From Amoebidium appalachense (Eukaryota > Protista > Ichthyosporea): DNA of 64,000 nucleotides. Location of the stretch: positions 2,526,989 through 2,590,988 of the forward strand of contig CAVNZM010000011.1 in NCBI GenBank assembly GCA_963693365.1. Reading direction: 5' to 3'. The position numbers and the translations under genes are program-made. Shown in pieces: positions 45,089-64,000 of this stretch. The notes beneath the pieces are model-generated. The model had not been told where the DNA came from. It worked only from the letters and a program-made list of their open reading frames with translations, and made no database searches. The first letter of the stretch is position 1, and the number at the start of each line of letters is the position of its first letter.

Positions 45089-45607
45089 TCCCCTCTCCGG
45101 AGCACTCCCCTCTAATGTTCTCTCCGGCTTCCCCCCTTTACCGTTTCGGAAGCTCCTCTCCGAGTCTTCCTCCCCGCACGCACGCGTCAACACACACACA
45201 CTAATGCACACGCACACACACACACAGCCCCCCCGGGCCCCCCAACCCCACCCCAAATTCCCCTCCCTCTCCATCCCAACACACACATGTGCACACACAC
45301 CTACACACGCGCAAGCACAGACACCTCGGCATGAACGCCTAATGATCGTATAAAACCCGTGTTTGCAATAGTATGCATGCCATATAGAACATATATAGTG
45401 CTCACGCGTACTCGACCTGTACAGCAAAGTGCGGCGGACAATTGTAACTGAGGTGCGTGCACACACGTTAACTTGCATAGGCACTCTTTCTTTGAAGGCA
45501 AGCATACGTATACTGTACTCATCATTGGTGGGAAGAGCCTGCGGCTGAAAGCGGTCCCACCCACTACTAGCAGGCTGGCCATGCCAAAGTTTGTAAATCG
45601 CTACAAC

Positions 45608-45674
45608 CACGGCCCTCTGAAAAAAAGAGGGCCGTGGTTGTAGCGATTTACAAACTTTTTTTCAGAGGGCCGTG
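45608..45674. mobile_element. 67-bp DNA-transposon footprint with 19-bp perfect TIRs, a 7-bp TSD and templated filler (P-superfamily-like)
   Basis: ctacaac|CACGGCCCTCTGAAAAAAA - gagggccgtggttgtagcgatttacaaac - TTTTTTTCAGAGGGCCGTG|ctacaac. Confidence 0.8.
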
Positions 45675-46110
45675 CTACAACGCAATAAGATATCAGGAGG
45701 TTTACTTTCCGGTCCTCCGACATCTGCTCGTTTTAAGTTCTGCAAGATTTCCATATTCACCGCCATTCATCCTCGTGTATTTCATGTATACATAGTGCAA
45801 CATCATCCCTCGTAAGCATCTGTCCGAGTACTTTTTGGTGTCTCACTTCGTGGCCTTCAGCTTGTACACGCTTGTTGAGTATAATGACGATTTAGTTGTA
45901 CCCTTCAACCTCACGGTATCATTTGTTTAAATGCTCTTCAGTACATATCACGGTAGGCTTAAGGTCATTATTGTCCTTCACAGAGCCACTGCTAGTTATG
46001 AGGTAAGATCTAGAACTAGCAGTGCACGAAATTAACAAGGAAACACCATCTTAGAATATATAACGTACCTCGGTGATTGATGCATGAAAACGTTTTAAAT
46101 CTTAATGCTA

Positions 46111-46146
<36 letters not shown>

Positions 46147-46221
46147 TGATGTGTCGCGTTTTCAATGATTAGCGAGTGAGTGAGAATGTGTGAGTGTATG
46201 GGTGTGAGTGAGTGAATGTGT

Positions 46222-46271
<50 letters not shown>

Positions 46272-46469
46272 GGATGGGTCGGCGTGTGTGTGTAATTGTG
46301 TTTGTGTTCATGTTTCGTGTGTGCGTGTGTGTGTGTGTGTGTGCGTGCGCGTGCGTTTTTGTGTGTTGGAGAGGGGGGTAAGACAAAAAATAGAACCGAA
46401 TTCAAGGCTTTTAGCCTGTAAGGAGCTAAGCTTTAAACTAAACCCCACATATGTATGTACATTGACAGC

Positions 46470-52198
<5,729 letters not shown>

Positions 52199-53115
52199 TT
52201 CCTCACCCACCAACGCACTGTTTGAAAAAAGGGAACATAGGTAAGGCGCCCTCGATTGAGTCTTCATAGAACCCACTAGGAGAACATGTCTATGAAATAC
52301 TTGCGTCTATATTCTGCTCATTCTAAAATAACACCGTCTCCGAAATTCAGTTAAAGATTTTACTCGTCAACTAAATATACGGTCAACCTATTAACAATTG
52401 CGTGTCCTACCCTACATATTGCAACGCGTATGCATAGTGTGAACTCGCCAGAGTCACGGAAACCAGGGCGCTCTGAGGGGCCGTGACGGAAACCGGTCCA
52501 ATCTTGAGTGTCTCTGCAGACAAGGATTGCGCAAACCTCTATTTTTAGCATCCCCTCATGATCACATCAGCAAGTCCTCTGAGTCAGTCAGTCAGAGAAG
52601 GAGAGGGAGGGAGAGAGAGAGCGGAGAGGGAGAGCGCCCGAACGAAAGCGAACGAGCAAGAGAAGCGAGTTTAAGCCAGTATCCCAGGCCTGCTCAGTCA
52701 AGAGAAAGCGTTCTAAGGTCCTTTATTTGTTCTATTATTAGCGACGCAATCCACTTTCATAGCAAGTCTAGAACTTCATCCTCCGTCTCCCCAGAGTGTT
52801 TTTGTATTTGGTCTCACATCTGCCAATAGCTGAAACCTCACAACATGTCTTCGCTGGGGAGACAAGATTCGGGGCTGTCGTCTCTGGCGGCGCAGTCACA
52901 GCAGAAACTGGCGACTCTTGGTATGTGCTTGCCTCTGTGGGGTTGTGCGTCTGTCGGGTAGATGTCCCATGTGCGTGTGTGAGCGTTTGTGTGAGCGTGT
53001 GTGTGCTTGTGTGAGAGAGAATGCATGTGTGTTTGCTTTTGTTGGTGCAAACAAACGTGGTGGGCATTGGTTACCCGTGACGGTCAGTAAGTTGTGTGTG
53101 GACACGTGTGTGTGT

Positions 53116-53192
<77 letters not shown>

Positions 53193-54462
53193 TGTGTGTG
53201 GGTGCATTAATAGGGGAATCGATGGGAGAAGGGGAATAGGTTCACGGAAGACGTCCACAAATCTGCCTGCATGTGTGTGCGGCTCACACGCAAACAAAGA
53301 AAAGTACACACCCATCTCTTTCTCTTACTCCCGCACACGAACACCTGTGGATGTACACACATATTGACGTCTACACTTCTACACCCCCACTAAGGCAGAC
53401 ATCACACCTAACTACCATGGCCAGAACTGCATGCACATATATACCAACCTATCGGGGCATATTCACACTCTTGCCCATACGTTCATCCCCTTGACTACTT
53501 TCTTCCATCTCACCACACACCTTTGTTTGGAAGGCACTTGCAGACACACACTTCCCCCCCTCGCTGACACAAAACACACACACACACGTACGATTTTTTT
53601 TTTTTTGTGGGGTATGTTGATTTTTATAACTTGCAGTTTACCATGCCCTTTCCTTGTGTTCTTGACCTTTTCAAACTCCCCCCCCCCCCCCCCGGGCCCT
53701 GCCCCCCTTCCCCCCCTCTCCCCGAAAAAAAAAATAAAAAAGCACTCATTCTCTGTCCGCCAATACTTCCCCGCATTCTCCTTCTTCCATCATCCCTTCT
53801 GTTCACCTTTCCTCTGTTGTCTTCTGATCACTCCCTGCCCCCGCTGGGCCCCTCCCCGTCCGTCCCCTCCTCATTCCGTCCATTCTGCCCCTCACTCCCA
53901 CGCCATTTTTTGATGACCTCATTGAAGCTGTGCAATCGATACCTGGGAATTCCGCCCAAGAGGTTAAAGAATAAACATTGTTCGTATGTAGAGACATAAT
54001 AGCCCTTTTTGTATTTTTTTTTGTTCAGGTTTCTCTGCCTGGATATTTTTTTTTTTTTTAAAGGTCATTTTTCGATACCTTTACACCCGCTCGATTTTGA
54101 CACCCTCTCATGTCCCCCCCCCCCCCCCCCCCTCTCCCCCCCCTAACTTCCATGTTTGACACCCTCTCATCTCCCCCCCTCCCCCCCTCCCCCCCCTCCC
54201 CCCCCCCCCCCTCCCACCGCTTTACTTCCATGCAACCGGGCATGGTTGCTCTGTGTCGTGCATCTGTAAGCACATACACATTTTTCGCTGCACTGCATTA
54301 GTTTGCACACACATCTTCACCGTTTTGCTCACCTTGCTTGCATAAGCAACCCTGCTCGTCTTTGATCAAGACGGGTTGACCCGCCCAAGCTCAGTTGATG
54401 CTGCTGTCTGAGTTGGAGTGTCGTATATACGCGGGCTAAGGGGTCGAAACTCAGACGCAATT

Positions 54463-54615
54463 GATGACTTGGGTCCTCCCTGAGGATGGGCTCTGCTTAT
54501 GACGCATACTGTGCACATGGCTGATGTTGCATACTTGAATGTTTGCCTTTGCATGTGTCCTGCACCATGCTTCTCGTCGTGTATGCGTACTTTGTACCGT
54601 GTTCCGCATTCAAAA
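54463..54615 (+). repeat. Dispersed intronic repeat family, copy F (ahead of an eIF2B-delta acceptor)
   Basis: gatgacttgggtcctcccctgaggatgggctctgcttatgacgcatac...gtactttgtac...gcattcaaaac, followed by poly-C and CAG at 54638-54640. Confidence 0.75.
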
Positions 54616-54640
54616 CCCCCCTCCCCCCCCCCCTCCCCAG

Positions 54641-63545
<8,905 letters not shown>

Positions 63546-63730
63546 GAGACGGGAAAACCTCTCAACCCGTAGTTTTAGGTTTGAGTTTTCTACACATCTT
63601 TGTTGCTATTTGGGGGCCGTGAGTGCTTTAAGGAGACGTTTTGCTGGCAAAACGAACCCCTTGATTTGTAAGATTGGGTTTTTGGTTCGGAGGATGATTG
63701 TGTACGATTTTACTCGCACACTGGTGTACG

Positions 63731-63783
<53 letters not shown>

Positions 63784-64000
63784 ATACACACGCGTGCACA
63801 CACAGTGACACGCGCACACACACGTTCACACACACAAGTAGGCACAGTCACGGCGCCCTTTGACATACAGTATCCAGTGACACACGGCACACGCCACTGT
63901 GACCCTACACACCAAGGGCCACTATGCATGTCAATGATTCACGGTAACTTCGATTTCAAATTATTGAACATGGTACTAGCCACACTGTAACACACCACAT

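Overview
Intron-rich eukaryotic genomic DNA whose introns are packed with poly-G/poly-C and (GT)n/(CA)n tracts, so most six-frame ORFs are repeat artefacts. The gene content suggests a unicellular opisthokont (inference only). Manual splicing supports eight protein genes: an SLC38/Aa_trans amino-acid transporter (5' part), an intronless multi-pass membrane protein, an Ssh4/Ear1-like TM-SPRY protein, a PhyH-family 2OG-Fe(II) dioxygenase, an unusual RLE-repeat/charged-helix/coactosin protein, a 3xKH PCBP-like protein, a coiled-coil plus 6xC2H2 zinc-finger protein, and eIF2B-delta. Mobile DNA includes a decayed non-LTR reverse transcriptase, a 476-bp TTAA-flanked foldback element and a 67-bp TIR footprint with templated filler. 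The most notable signals are (1) a ~120-150 bp repeat family found in the introns of five unrelated genes, always in the host sense orientation and ending in a branch-point-like motif plus poly-C; (2) GU/G-rich 5' versus AC/C-rich 3' intron polarity; and (3) the unusual actin-regulator domain architecture. All gene models are hand-derived and untested against transcripts.
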